A program made the translations under genes and the position numbers. A stretch of 64,000 bases of DNA, taken from positions 1,408,001 through 1,472,000 of the forward strand of contig OZ244561.1 of the NCBI GenBank assembly GCA_965217585.1, written 5' to 3'. The notes beneath the pieces are model-generated. The model was not told where the DNA came from. It ran no database searches and saw only the letters and a list, made by a program, of their open reading frames with translations. Source of the stretch: Candidatus Latescibacterota bacterium. GTDB taxonomy: Bacteria > Latescibacterota > UBA2968 > UBA8231. This document shows, one piece after another, positions 36,860 through 45,788 of this stretch; the stretch's first letter is position 1, and each line of letters opens with the position of its first letter.

Positions 36860-37849
36860 CTATAGCCACTGCAACAAGAACCGAGCCAGTGCCTCCTCTA
36901 GGCTCAGCAGACCCTGGACGTACTCGCGGATGCGCTTTAGCATGGCCGCCGGATCGTTGCACGCTCCCTTGAAGAACAAGACGCGCGTCGCTTCCCAACG
37001 CCGGCTTATGTCCCCAAAGGTATCAGCCGCGGCCGACAGGGCACCCAAGCCGGTTGCCGCCGCCAGCCTCCGCAAATTGTCGTCTAGCCGCCGCCGCTGA
37101 GGGCCGAGTAGGGATATCTGGATGAACACCTCCCGCATCCAAGTGCGCAGGCTCTCTTCGTCCTGCTCGGTCTGATGTTCCATCTCCTCGACAAAGCGCT
37201 GCGCAGCCGGTAGGCCCGTCTCTACCCGGCCGACCTTGTTGCCCGCGAGCATCTCCCGCACATCCTCCAAGAGGACCTGCCCCATTTTTTCAACTGGATA
37301 AGGGTCGAGACCCTCGGGCACCGCGTAGTCGTACACCACCAACTCGGACAGCATCTCGGGCAGACAAGAAAGCGGAACCTGTCCCACAAAGCCCTGCGGA
37401 TTGACCAAGATCATCAACGCATCCGCCGCTTGATCGTACCCGTAGATGAGCATGGCTTCGCTCGCGCCGGGGGTGTGATTGTATCGAAAGGCCGCATCGC
37501 TCACCTTGTGAACATCGACCCAAGCGAGCAGCACCCGGTCTGCGGCAATTGACTCCTCAATGGCCTGCCACAGGTCGGCAAAATTGTCGCGGCGCACCTC
37601 GCGGCGCTCAATTCCGTAGAGATAGTACAAATTGCGATGGATAAGCTCGTTGGCGGGCAGGCCGACTGGCATTCTCTCCTCGGAGTCAAAAAAGAACGAC
37701 CAGCTCATCAAGGCCCCGTAGTACGCTCGCTCGTCGGCGAGCTGGGGGCTGTAGTATTGGAGCTCGGCCATAATAGTCTCCCCAGAGGCGAACAACATAG
37801 GATCCCCCTCGACTCGGTATAGATTAACAGGGCGACGTACCTTTTTCAC
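36860..37849 (-). CDS. BtrH-like protein (papain-like fold), catalytic residues apparently lost
   Basis: LWQAIEESIAADRVLLAWVD...MLIYGYD and GLPAAQRF patterns; GAGGA before the GTG. Confidence 0.55.
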   Translation of the reverse strand: MKKVRRPVNLYRVEGDPMLFASGETIMAELQYYSPQLADERAYYGALMSWSFFFDSEERMPVGLPANELIHRNLYYLYGIERREVRRDNFADLWQAIEESIAADRVLLAWVDVHKVSDAAFRYNHTPGASEAMLIYGYDQAADALMILVNPQGFVGQVPLSCLPEMLSELVVYDYAVPEGLDPYPVEKMGQVLLEDVREMLAGNKVGRVETGLPAAQRFVEEMEHQTEQDEESLRTWMREVFIQISLLGPQRRRLDDNLRRLAAATGLGALSAAADTFGDISRRWEATRVLFFKGACNDPAAMLKRIREYVQGLLSLEEALARFLLQWL

Positions 37850-38040
37850 AGTATCCTCAATCGGTTAGAGGGTGAGTTGGCAAAGTCAGGGCAAGGCGCA
37901 CATATAGAGTGGTCTAAAAAGGATTTCTGCTCTAGACAGCGGATGGGATGGTAATGAGCAAGTCGCCTTGGGCCGAGGCGGGCTTTCACCGCGCCTTCAG
38001 GCGTGAACATGACCCATCTCCTTCGGAGAAGGGGACAGGA

Positions 38041-38199
38041 GGCCCCCGAAGGGGCCGGGTCGTGTCCAACATTCCCTGCAGAATGCAGCGATGTCTCTAC
38101 CTATTCGCCAAGGCGGAGGGAGCGACCCTTCGCCGGGTTTCGGCTTTTGTATTCAGCAGATAACCCGACTAAGGCGGGATCTGCAAGGAATGCTGGACA
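38041..38199 (-). ncRNA. Candidate structured RNA of unknown family
   Basis: 20-bp closing stem (38180-38199 with 38063-38082, two G.U pairs on the minus strand), nested stems, then GGCCCC-UUCG-GGGGCC. Confidence 0.5.
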
Positions 38200-38204
38200 G
38201 CCTG

Positions 38205-38234
38205 AAGATAGGGGGAGATGGCCGCTGGCGACAA
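38205..38234 (-). promoter_or_regulatory. Sigma70-like promoter upstream of the structured RNA
   Basis: TTGTCG-18 nt-TATCTT; predicted start site falls at the 5' edge of the long stem. Confidence 0.5.
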
Positions 38235-38257
38235 GGCAACCTTGTTGGGTAATGGGC

Positions 38258-38288
38258 AAAAAAAAACCAGCCCCTTTGCGGGGCTGGT
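38258..38288 (-). terminator. Rho-independent terminator of the ABC/DUF1854 operon
   Basis: ACCAGCCCC-GCAAA-GGGGCTGGT followed by a T run on the minus strand. Confidence 0.9.
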
Positions 38289-38314
38289 CGGCATGCTGCA
38301 ACGGCGAGCGCTAG

Positions 38315-38860
38315 TCAGACGACCTGTTCAACCGCTGCCAAACTCTTCTTATCCAATTCGTCGAGGTGCGGAATTTCAAAGCGGTTGCCGTCCACGTCGG
38401 TGATCAGCAGCCGGTGGTCGCCGAGCCAGTGGGCGTTTTCCGAGACGTTCTGGACGACGAACTCGCGCGGGCCGCGGTCGGTCTGCACGTCCCAATAAGA
38501 AGTGCCGTATTCGTTGCGCACCGCATTGACTCGCTGAATCGCCGCGGTCAAATAGCGGCGGTCCAGTTCCTCCTCAATCAAGGCGCGCGCCTCTAAGTCG
38601 AGCTGTTTGAGGTCGTCGATCATACAGATCTCCTCGTCTTTGGCGTCGAGGAGGCAGATATAGCGGGTCGGGTGGGACAGCGGCGCGGCGCGGACGACCT
38701 TGACCTTCAGATACGAGCGGTCGCCGTCGATGGTCAAGCGCAAGATCCAAGCCGGCTCGCGGAAGAGGCGCAGATTGCCAATTTCTACGTGCTCGGGGTG
38801 AGTCACGGAAATCGGAGTGATCGCTAGTTTTTCGTCATTTGTCATTGCGTCGTTCCTCAC
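38315..38860 (-). CDS. DUF1854-family protein
   Basis: VRAAPLSHPTRYI, EEELDRRY, SYWDVQTDRG, LLITDVDGNRFEI. Confidence 0.85.
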   Translation of the reverse strand: MRNDAMTNDEKLAITPISVTHPEHVEIGNLRLFREPAWILRLTIDGDRSYLKVKVVRAAPLSHPTRYICLLDAKDEEICMIDDLKQLDLEARALIEEELDRRYLTAAIQRVNAVRNEYGTSYWDVQTDRGPREFVVQNVSENAHWLGDHRLLITDVDGNRFEIPHLDELDKKSLAAVEQVV

Positions 38861-41079
38861 TAGCCGCTGGTGGCCATGACCGCTGACGTCTCGCGTTGGG
38901 TCTTTACCAGATTGTAGAAAATGCCCTCGCGCGCCATCAGTTCCTCGTGCGTACCAACTTCGGCTATTTTGCCCGCGTCGAGGACCACGAGGCGATCCGC
39001 GCTGCGCAAGGTCGAAAGCCGGTGGGCAATGGCGAAGGTGGTGCGGCCTTTGACGAGCCGCTGAATAGCCTCTTGGATCTTCTTCTCGGTCGGCGTGTCG
39101 AGCGACGAGGTCGCCTCGTCTAAGATTAGTATTCTCGGGTCGTGGAGAATGGCCCGCGCAATGGAGATGCGCTGCTTCTCACCGCCGGCCAGCTTGTTGC
39201 CCTGCTCCCCGACGACCATGTCATAGCCGTCCGGCTGTTTGACGATGAACTCGTGGGCATTGGCCGCGCGGGCCGCGCGCAGAATTTCGTCGAACGTAGC
39301 GCCGGGCTTGCCGTAGGCGATGTTTTCGGCAATCGTGCCGTTGAACAAAAACGACTGCTGGGCCACCATGCCGATCTGCGAGCGCAGGTCGCGCAGGCGA
39401 ATGTTGCGGATATCGACCCCGTCGATGGCGAGGCGGCCATACGAGACATCGTAAAAGCGCGTGATTAGGTTGATCAGCGTGCTCTTGCCCGTCCCAGACT
39501 TGCCGACCAGACCGATCATCTCGCCCGGCTGCACCACCAAGTCGATGTCGCGCAGGACGATCTTGCCAGGGTCGTAGCCAAAGGCCGCGTTCTCAAAGGC
39601 GACTTGGCCCTTAATCGCGGGGACGCGCTGAGCGCTGGGATTGTCGAAAGGCTCGGAGGGCGCATCGACAATTTCAAAGATGCGCTCGGCACCGGCAAAG
39701 GCCCGCACCATGAAGCTGTAGAAATCGCCAAACCACTTGAGCGGGTGGTAGAGCATCCACAGATAGGCGATAAAGGCCATCAGCTCCCCCAGCGACAGGT
39801 CGCCACCAACGATCTGACTACCACCGAAATACCACACGAAGAATCCGCCAAAGCTCATAAAGAAATTGGTCACCATAAAGAAGACCAACCAAGCGCGCTC
39901 GGCGCTGACGCTGATTTGGCGCAGGGCGTGATTGCGCTGATCAAAACGCTCGGACTCGCGGTGCTCTTGCGCGAAAGCCTTGACCACGCGGATGCCGGAG
40001 ATCGACTCGTTGAGATGCGTCGTCAGCCGCGACCAGCGCACCGACCAACGGCCCCAGAAGCGTTGCAGGCGATTCCAGATCAGGCTTGAGCCAATGACAA
40101 TCGGCGGCACCGGGGCCAGCACGTAGAGGGTCAGCTCCCAGTTCATGTAAAACAGCAGCCCCAAGATGCCGACGATCATCGCGGCATTGGAGACGATATA
40201 GGGCATGTCAAAGAGCAGATAGTCTTCGACCATCTCCGAGTCGTTGTTCATGCGGGAGATCAAAGCGCCGACCTTGCGCTTGTCGTAAAAGCGCAGGGGT
40301 AGGTACTGGAGTGCCTTGAACAAGTCCGTGCGCAAGTGCTCGATGGCGCGAAAGCCGACCCAGACGTTGAGCCAGCGGCGCACCACGCCGACGCCCCACT
40401 CGACGACTCCAATCACAAAAAGGCCGCCGACCAGCCAGTAGAGTAGGTTGATGTTGGCGGCGGCACCGGGTACGAGTACGTCGTCGATGAGATGCTTAAC
40501 GATATAGGGCGGTGCCAACTCCAGCAGCGAGGAGAACACAGTCAGGCCCAACAACAACGCTAGCTGGAAGCGATAGGGCAGCATGTAGCCGATCAGGCGT
40601 CTAAAGGTATCGAATTTGGCGATGCAGACCGGGCATATTCCGCCTACCTCGGGCAGGCGGCGCTGGCATTGCTCGCAGTGCGTGCGGTCCAGCTCGTGGG
40701 GCAGGTTGAGATCCTGGCCCTCTTTGAGCTGCTCAATGCCCTCGGCCACCTCGGCGAATTTGGCCGCCAGTGAGTTGGAGTAATACAAATGAGCGGGTGC
40801 ACCCGCCTCGCGCTCCAGTTCCAAGCGCCCGCCGCCGACTAGCGCCTCAATGCGGGCGGATTTGACCGCTTGCAGCGCAAACTCCACGTCGCCGCTCGCG
40901 CCGTTGGGCGCGAGAACCATCAGGCGCTCCGACGTCACGACCAACCAGCGTTGCTCGAAGCGGTCCTCGCCGGCCATATCCGTGGCGACCTGGATCAGGA
41001 CTTGCTCTTCGCTGCCCTTGCGCGAGCGAACTTTGGCTTCGACGGTGTGCGGCAGATTTTCCAAAAAGAAGGTGGACAT
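38860..41079 (-). CDS. Fused ABC exporter (TMD+NBD) with N-terminal extension and CxxC-x8-CxxC motif
   Basis: GKSGTGKST, LAGGEKQR, LILDEATS; CEQC...CPVC. Confidence 0.92.
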   Translation of the reverse strand: MSTFFLENLPHTVEAKVRSRKGSEEQVLIQVATDMAGEDRFEQRWLVVTSERLMVLAPNGASGDVEFALQAVKSARIEALVGGGRLELEREAGAPAHLYYSNSLAAKFAEVAEGIEQLKEGQDLNLPHELDRTHCEQCQRRLPEVGGICPVCIAKFDTFRRLIGYMLPYRFQLALLLGLTVFSSLLELAPPYIVKHLIDDVLVPGAAANINLLYWLVGGLFVIGVVEWGVGVVRRWLNVWVGFRAIEHLRTDLFKALQYLPLRFYDKRKVGALISRMNNDSEMVEDYLLFDMPYIVSNAAMIVGILGLLFYMNWELTLYVLAPVPPIVIGSSLIWNRLQRFWGRWSVRWSRLTTHLNESISGIRVVKAFAQEHRESERFDQRNHALRQISVSAERAWLVFFMVTNFFMSFGGFFVWYFGGSQIVGGDLSLGELMAFIAYLWMLYHPLKWFGDFYSFMVRAFAGAERIFEIVDAPSEPFDNPSAQRVPAIKGQVAFENAAFGYDPGKIVLRDIDLVVQPGEMIGLVGKSGTGKSTLINLITRFYDVSYGRLAIDGVDIRNIRLRDLRSQIGMVAQQSFLFNGTIAENIAYGKPGATFDEILRAARAANAHEFIVKQPDGYDMVVGEQGNKLAGGEKQRISIARAILHDPRILILDEATSSLDTPTEKKIQEAIQRLVKGRTTFAIAHRLSTLRSADRLVVLDAGKIAEVGTHEELMAREGIFYNLVKTQRETSAVMATSG

Positions 41080-41088
41080 GGATGATCT

Positions 41089-43323
41089 CTATTCCTTAAT
41101 GGCGATGATCTCAGCCACCTCTTTTTGCAAATTGACCAACTCGTAAAAGGTCCCCTGCTTCGCCATAAGCTCCGCGTGCGTCCCCGACTCGACGATGCGA
41201 CCGTCGTCGAGCACCATCAGCCGGTCGGCGTTGCGCAACGTCGAAAGCCGGTGGGCAATGGCCACGGTGGTGCGGCCCTCGACGAGCCGCTGAATCGCCT
41301 CCTGGATCTGCAACTCGGTCTCCACATCGACCGAGGCAGTGGCTTCGTCGAGGATCAGTACGCGCGGGTTGTGGAGGATGGCGCGGGCAATGGAGACGCG
41401 CTGGCGCTCTCCCCCCGAAAGCCCAGCCCCCTTCTCCCCGACCTGGGTCTCATAGCCATCGGGCTTGGCCATGATGAAGTTGTGGGCGTTGGCCGCGCGG
41501 GCGGCCGCCATGATGTCCGCAAAGGAGGAGCCGGGCCGACCGTAGCCGATGTTCTCGGCAATGGTGCCGGAAAAAAGCACCGGCTCCTGCAGCACGATGC
41601 CGATCTGCGAGCGCAAGTCGCGTAGGGCGATGCGGCGGATATCAATCCCGTCGATCTCAATGGACCCGTAGTCGACGTCGTAGAAGCGGGCGATCAGGTT
41701 GACGGTCGTCGTCTTGCCGACCCCGGACTTGCCCACGAGGCCGATCATCTCGCCCGGCTGGATGTCCAGGTCAAAATCCTTCAGCACGGGCTTGCTCTTG
41801 TCGTAGCCAAAGGTGACGCCCCGGAAGCGAATGCCCCCTTCCATTCGCGGCACCCGCTTCGCAGTCGGGTCCTCGTATGCCTCGGGCTGGGTGTCGATGA
41901 CCTCGAAGATGCGCTCGGCCCCGGCAAAGGCCCGCGACATCCAGGCGTTGACTTGGCCGAACCACTCCAAGGGGCCGTAAAACAGCCACATATACGAGTA
42001 AAAGGCCAACAGCGTGCCCAAAGTCATCTTGCCGCCGAGGACCTGCTGCCCGCCGAGCAGCCAGACGACCAAGACCCCCAAACCCGTCAAGAACGTGATA
42101 GTAGCGAAAAACACGCCGCGATTTATCGCAGTCTTTTCGGCGACCTGGCGCAGCCTGCCGTTGGGTTTGGCAAAGGCCGCTATTTCCCGGTCCTCTTGGG
42201 CAAACGCCTTGACCACGCGGATGCCGGAAAGCGTCTCCACCGTGCGCTCGGTCAGGCCAGACCAGACCTCGCCCCACTTGACGAAAAACCCGCGCAGCCG
42301 CTGCCAAAAGATCACCCCCCACAGCATGATCAGCGGCACGGGCACCAACACGTACAGGCTCAACGACCAACTCATCCAAAACAAAAACCCGAGGATGCCA
42401 AAGACCATCAGGCCGTTGATGACGATATAGGGCAAGCCATCGACGAGGAAGTCCTGCAACATGCCAGCGTCGCGGGTGGCCCGCGAGATGAGGGAGCCGA
42501 CCTTGCGCTTGTCGTAAAACTGCAAGGACAGCATTTCCAAGCGGCGGTAGAGGAGCGAGCGAATATCCGCGGTGAGCTGCGCGCCGAGCCAAGTCGCAAT
42601 CCAGCCGTGGGCCCATTCGGCGACCCACGCCGAGAAGCGGACGCCGACCAAGGCCAAGACGAACAAGCCCAAGAGGTGGATGCGCTCGTCAAACCCCGTG
42701 GCGTAGCCCTCCACCGGGACCAACACCTCATCGACGATGCGCTTGGTAATTAGCGGTGGGGCCAGCTCCGCGGCCGTGGTGGCAATGGAGGCGAAGGCCA
42801 AGATGCCCGCTTTGAGCTTGTACGGGCCGATATAGCTGGCGATGCGCTTGAGGGTCGCCAGTTTCTTGATACACGCTGGACAGATGCCGTTTTTCTCTGG
42901 CAAGAGCCGGTCGCAGCGCTCGCAGCGGGTCCGGTCCAAGTGGCCATTGACGGCAAAGGGCTGGCCCTGGCGCAATTGCTCCAAGCCCCGCGCCACCTCG
43001 GACATTTTGCCGGCCTCCGAGCTCGTGTAGCTCAGCAACAAGGCCGGCGCATCCACGCGCTCGATCTCCAACTGGCCGCCGCCGACGCGCGCGTCGGTGC
43101 GCACCTCGGCCAGCGAGGCGAGTGGGATATCGACGACCTCGCCCTGAGCAGGTACGACGAGAATCCGACGCGGGGTGGCCACCAGCCACTGGTGGCCAAA
43201 GCGCCCGTCGGCATCCAAATCCGTAGCGGCGCGGATTAGCACCTCCTCCTCAGCGGGCAAGGCGGCGGCAATCCGTGCTGCTGCGGGCGCGTCGGCTGAC
43301 TCTAGCAGTTTTTGCACGCTCAT
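41089..43323 (-). CDS. Fused ABC exporter paralogue with the same architecture
   Basis: GKSGVGKTT, LSGGERQR, LILDEATA; CERC...CPAC. Confidence 0.92.
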   Translation of the reverse strand: MSVQKLLESADAPAAARIAAALPAEEEVLIRAATDLDADGRFGHQWLVATPRRILVVPAQGEVVDIPLASLAEVRTDARVGGGQLEIERVDAPALLLSYTSSEAGKMSEVARGLEQLRQGQPFAVNGHLDRTRCERCDRLLPEKNGICPACIKKLATLKRIASYIGPYKLKAGILAFASIATTAAELAPPLITKRIVDEVLVPVEGYATGFDERIHLLGLFVLALVGVRFSAWVAEWAHGWIATWLGAQLTADIRSLLYRRLEMLSLQFYDKRKVGSLISRATRDAGMLQDFLVDGLPYIVINGLMVFGILGFLFWMSWSLSLYVLVPVPLIMLWGVIFWQRLRGFFVKWGEVWSGLTERTVETLSGIRVVKAFAQEDREIAAFAKPNGRLRQVAEKTAINRGVFFATITFLTGLGVLVVWLLGGQQVLGGKMTLGTLLAFYSYMWLFYGPLEWFGQVNAWMSRAFAGAERIFEVIDTQPEAYEDPTAKRVPRMEGGIRFRGVTFGYDKSKPVLKDFDLDIQPGEMIGLVGKSGVGKTTTVNLIARFYDVDYGSIEIDGIDIRRIALRDLRSQIGIVLQEPVLFSGTIAENIGYGRPGSSFADIMAAARAANAHNFIMAKPDGYETQVGEKGAGLSGGERQRVSIARAILHNPRVLILDEATASVDVETELQIQEAIQRLVEGRTTVAIAHRLSTLRNADRLMVLDDGRIVESGTHAELMAKQGTFYELVNLQKEVAEIIAIKE

Positions 43324-43483
43324 GTCTTAGAAAAATCCCAGGGGTGGCCCCGCAAAACAGGTTGACCCAACCCTGAAGAAGCTACTCTTGGCGTTTGGAC
43401 AATGGCAAGGGGAAACTGGGCGAGAGCGCTCGGTTGTGGACAATTGCTTTTCCAATCCGCTCTTATCCTTACATTATAGGTCT

Positions 43484-44290
43484 ATGACCGCTATGACCGC
43501 TATGACCGCAGACCAAAAGACGCTGGTGCCCTCGCCTCGCGAAGAGCGCAACCAGCAGCTAGCGCACTACCTCCGCGACCTCGCTCTAGAGCAGATGCCC
43601 GCCGAGGACCTTTTGCGCTGGGCCAGCGAGACCTTTCCCGGCCGGGCCGTACTCAACACCAGCTTCCAGTACACCGGGGTTGCGATGATCCACATGGCGT
43701 CGTCTATGGGGCTGGATCTGCGCTTTGCCACCATCGACACCCTCCGGCTCCATCCCGAGACGTACGCCTTTATGGAGGAAGTCAAAGCGCACTACGGCTG
43801 CCACTTTGAGATCGTCCGGCCTAAAAGCGGCGATGTCGAGCGGATGGTCGCACGTCACGGCGAGTATTTGTTTTTCGACTCCAAGGAAAAACAGGAGCAC
43901 TGTTGCCAAGTGCGGAAGGAATGGCCCAACAACGCGCTGTTGCAGACGGTCGATTGCTGGATCTCGGGGCAGCGTTGGGACCAGTCCGAGCATCGCCAGC
44001 AAACGGCGAAAAAGGCGACTTTGATTGACGAGTACGGCACCCGACGCAAAGTACTCAAGCTCAATCCGTTGGTGGACTGGAGCGAAGAAGCGCTGATGGA
44101 GTTTACGCGGGCAAACGACCTGCCGGTCCATCCGCTCTACGGCCAAGGCTACCCGAGCTTTGGCTGCATCATCTGCTCCACCCCAATCCAGCCCGACGAA
44201 CACAAGCGCAACGGTCGCTGGCGTTGGTTCAACGAACAAACCGATGTCGCGGACGACCGCAAAGAGTGCGGGCTGCACTACAACATCTGA
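43484..44290 (+). CDS. cysH: APS/PAPS reductase with Fe-S cysteines (APS-reductase type)
   Basis: TSFQ, IDTLRLHPETY, CCQVRK, GYPSFGCIIC, ECGLH; start is one of three tandem ATGs at 43484, 43493 or 43502. Confidence 0.9.
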   Translation: MTAMTAMTADQKTLVPSPREERNQQLAHYLRDLALEQMPAEDLLRWASETFPGRAVLNTSFQYTGVAMIHMASSMGLDLRFATIDTLRLHPETYAFMEEVKAHYGCHFEIVRPKSGDVERMVARHGEYLFFDSKEKQEHCCQVRKEWPNNALLQTVDCWISGQRWDQSEHRQQTAKKATLIDEYGTRRKVLKLNPLVDWSEEALMEFTRANDLPVHPLYGQGYPSFGCIICSTPIQPDEHKRNGRWRWFNEQTDVADDRKECGLHYNI

Positions 44291-44303
44291 GAGAAACCGC
44301 GCA

Positions 44304-44654
44304 ATGGCCCACACCTTGGAATGGCGCTACCATCGCCCCGGCTGAACAAGCTGCAAGCGCGCACAAGAGTTTCTTGTGCAGAACGGCATTGCCGACGGCA
44401 TCGTGCAGAGTGCGACCAAAGAACCGGTCGCCGGCACGGAAGCCCTCGCCTTGCTAGAGGGCGCGACCGAGCTTTTCGTCGCCCAAGGGCAGCGCGTCCT
44501 CCGCTTCGACCTAGCGTCGCAACGGCCCGCGGACGAGCAATTGCTCCCGCTTCTGTTGGGGCGTTCCGGCAAGCTCCGGGCACCCGCGTTCCGCTGCGGC
44601 ACGCGCCTAATCGTCGGCTACAACCAAGCGCTGCTGCCGCTGGCGTTGGATTAG
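44304..44654 (+). CDS. ArsC-like thioredoxin-fold selenoprotein (UxxC), 116 aa
   Basis: MAHTLEWRYHRPG-TGA(44343)-TSCKRAQEFL...GRSGKLRAP...LIVGYN; hairpin GCACAAGA-GTT-TCTTGTGC downstream of the TGA. Confidence 0.85.
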
Positions 44655-45788
44655 ATGGAGAAAGGTATGTCAACGGTGGAAAATGATGCCTACCTCGATG
44701 AAGAAGAGATCTGTGTCGAAGAAGAGCGGGAGGATCCGAAAGAAAAAATCACAAATCCATTCAATCCTGAGCAGATCAAAATTCGCACCACCCACATCGT
44801 CGTTGAACAGCTTATATCGCGTATCAAGCACAAGGAAATTGATCTAGCACCAGATTTCCAACGACAGGCCGGCATCTGGAACGACGAGCGCAAGAGCCGC
44901 CTCATCGAATCGCTGTTGCTGCGCATTCCCCTCCCGGTATTCTATGTCGCCGCTGACGAGTCTGAAAAGTGGTCAGTCGTCGACGGCATCCAGCGCATGA
45001 CGACCATATATGACTATGTGACGGGCAAGTTCCCGCTTAAACGACTTGAATATCTAACCAAACTCAACGGATGTACGCACGACGAGCTGCGGAGGCCATT
45101 GCAGCGACGAATCAGTGAAACCCAACTCATCGTCAACATCATAGAGTCGGGTACTTCACCGGACGTGCTGTTCAATGTCTTTCGACGTATCAATACAGGT
45201 GGAATGACGTTGAATGGACAGGAAATACGCCATGCACTGAACCCAGGTCCAGTTCGGGATTATCTGAAGGAACTCGCCGAATCCGACGAGTTCAAAAAAG
45301 CCACGGACGGTAGCATCAATCCAAAACGGATGGCTGATCGGGAATGCGTACTGCGATTCCTCGCTTTCCATATCACTCCGTGGGAAAACTATTCCTCCAG
45401 CGATCTCAATGGCTACCTTGTACGCACTATGCAGGAAATCAACTACATGAGTGAGTGTGAGCGAAACAACTTCGCTGTTGATTTCAGGAGAGCAATGTTA
45501 GCGGCATTCGACATATTCGGTGAGAATGCATTCCGCAAACCACCTAACGACCGCCGACCTCCAATTAATAAGGGCATTTTTGAGGCGTGGAGCGTTCAGT
45601 TGGCGCGTTGTCTGCCAGAGCAGATAAGAGTGCTTGTCGAACGGCGGAATGACATCCAATGTTGTTTCAAAAAACTGATAGCAGAAGACAGCGATTTCCT
45701 AGAGGCCATCTCCTATGCTACTGGATCACCACAAAACGTACAGAAGCGATTTCAAGCAATTGAGCAACTTGTCAAGGAGTTCGTCTGA
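44655..45788 (+). CDS. DUF262 (ParB-like) protein, Menshen NsnA-like
   Basis: PDFQR, SRLIESLLLRIPLP, VVDGIQR, FRRINTGG, QEIRHA; start may be 44667. Confidence 0.88.
   Translation: MEKGMSTVENDAYLDEEEICVEEEREDPKEKITNPFNPEQIKIRTTHIVVEQLISRIKHKEIDLAPDFQRQAGIWNDERKSRLIESLLLRIPLPVFYVAADESEKWSVVDGIQRMTTIYDYVTGKFPLKRLEYLTKLNGCTHDELRRPLQRRISETQLIVNIIESGTSPDVLFNVFRRINTGGMTLNGQEIRHALNPGPVRDYLKELAESDEFKKATDGSINPKRMADRECVLRFLAFHITPWENYSSSDLNGYLVRTMQEINYMSECERNNFAVDFRRAMLAAFDIFGENAFRKPPNDRRPPINKGIFEAWSVQLARCLPEQIRVLVERRNDIQCCFKKLIAEDSDFLEAISYATGSPQNVQKRFQAIEQLVKEFV

Noticed and set aside
37846-38010. 54-aa minus-strand ORF (MFTPEGAVKARLG...CAPCPDFANSPSNRLRIL) with AAGGAG and a stop overlapping the BtrH-like start, as a possible peptide precursor
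   Set aside because: Codon usage is atypical in the second half, no leader motif or modifying enzymes are present, and it overlaps RNA hairpins; not excluded as a leader peptide but unsupported.
37960-38210. Assignment of the structured RNA to c-di-AMP, FMN, glycine or cobalamin riboswitches, SRP, tmRNA, RNase P or group II intron domain V
   Set aside because: Only isolated short matches; the defining conserved motifs of each family are missing.
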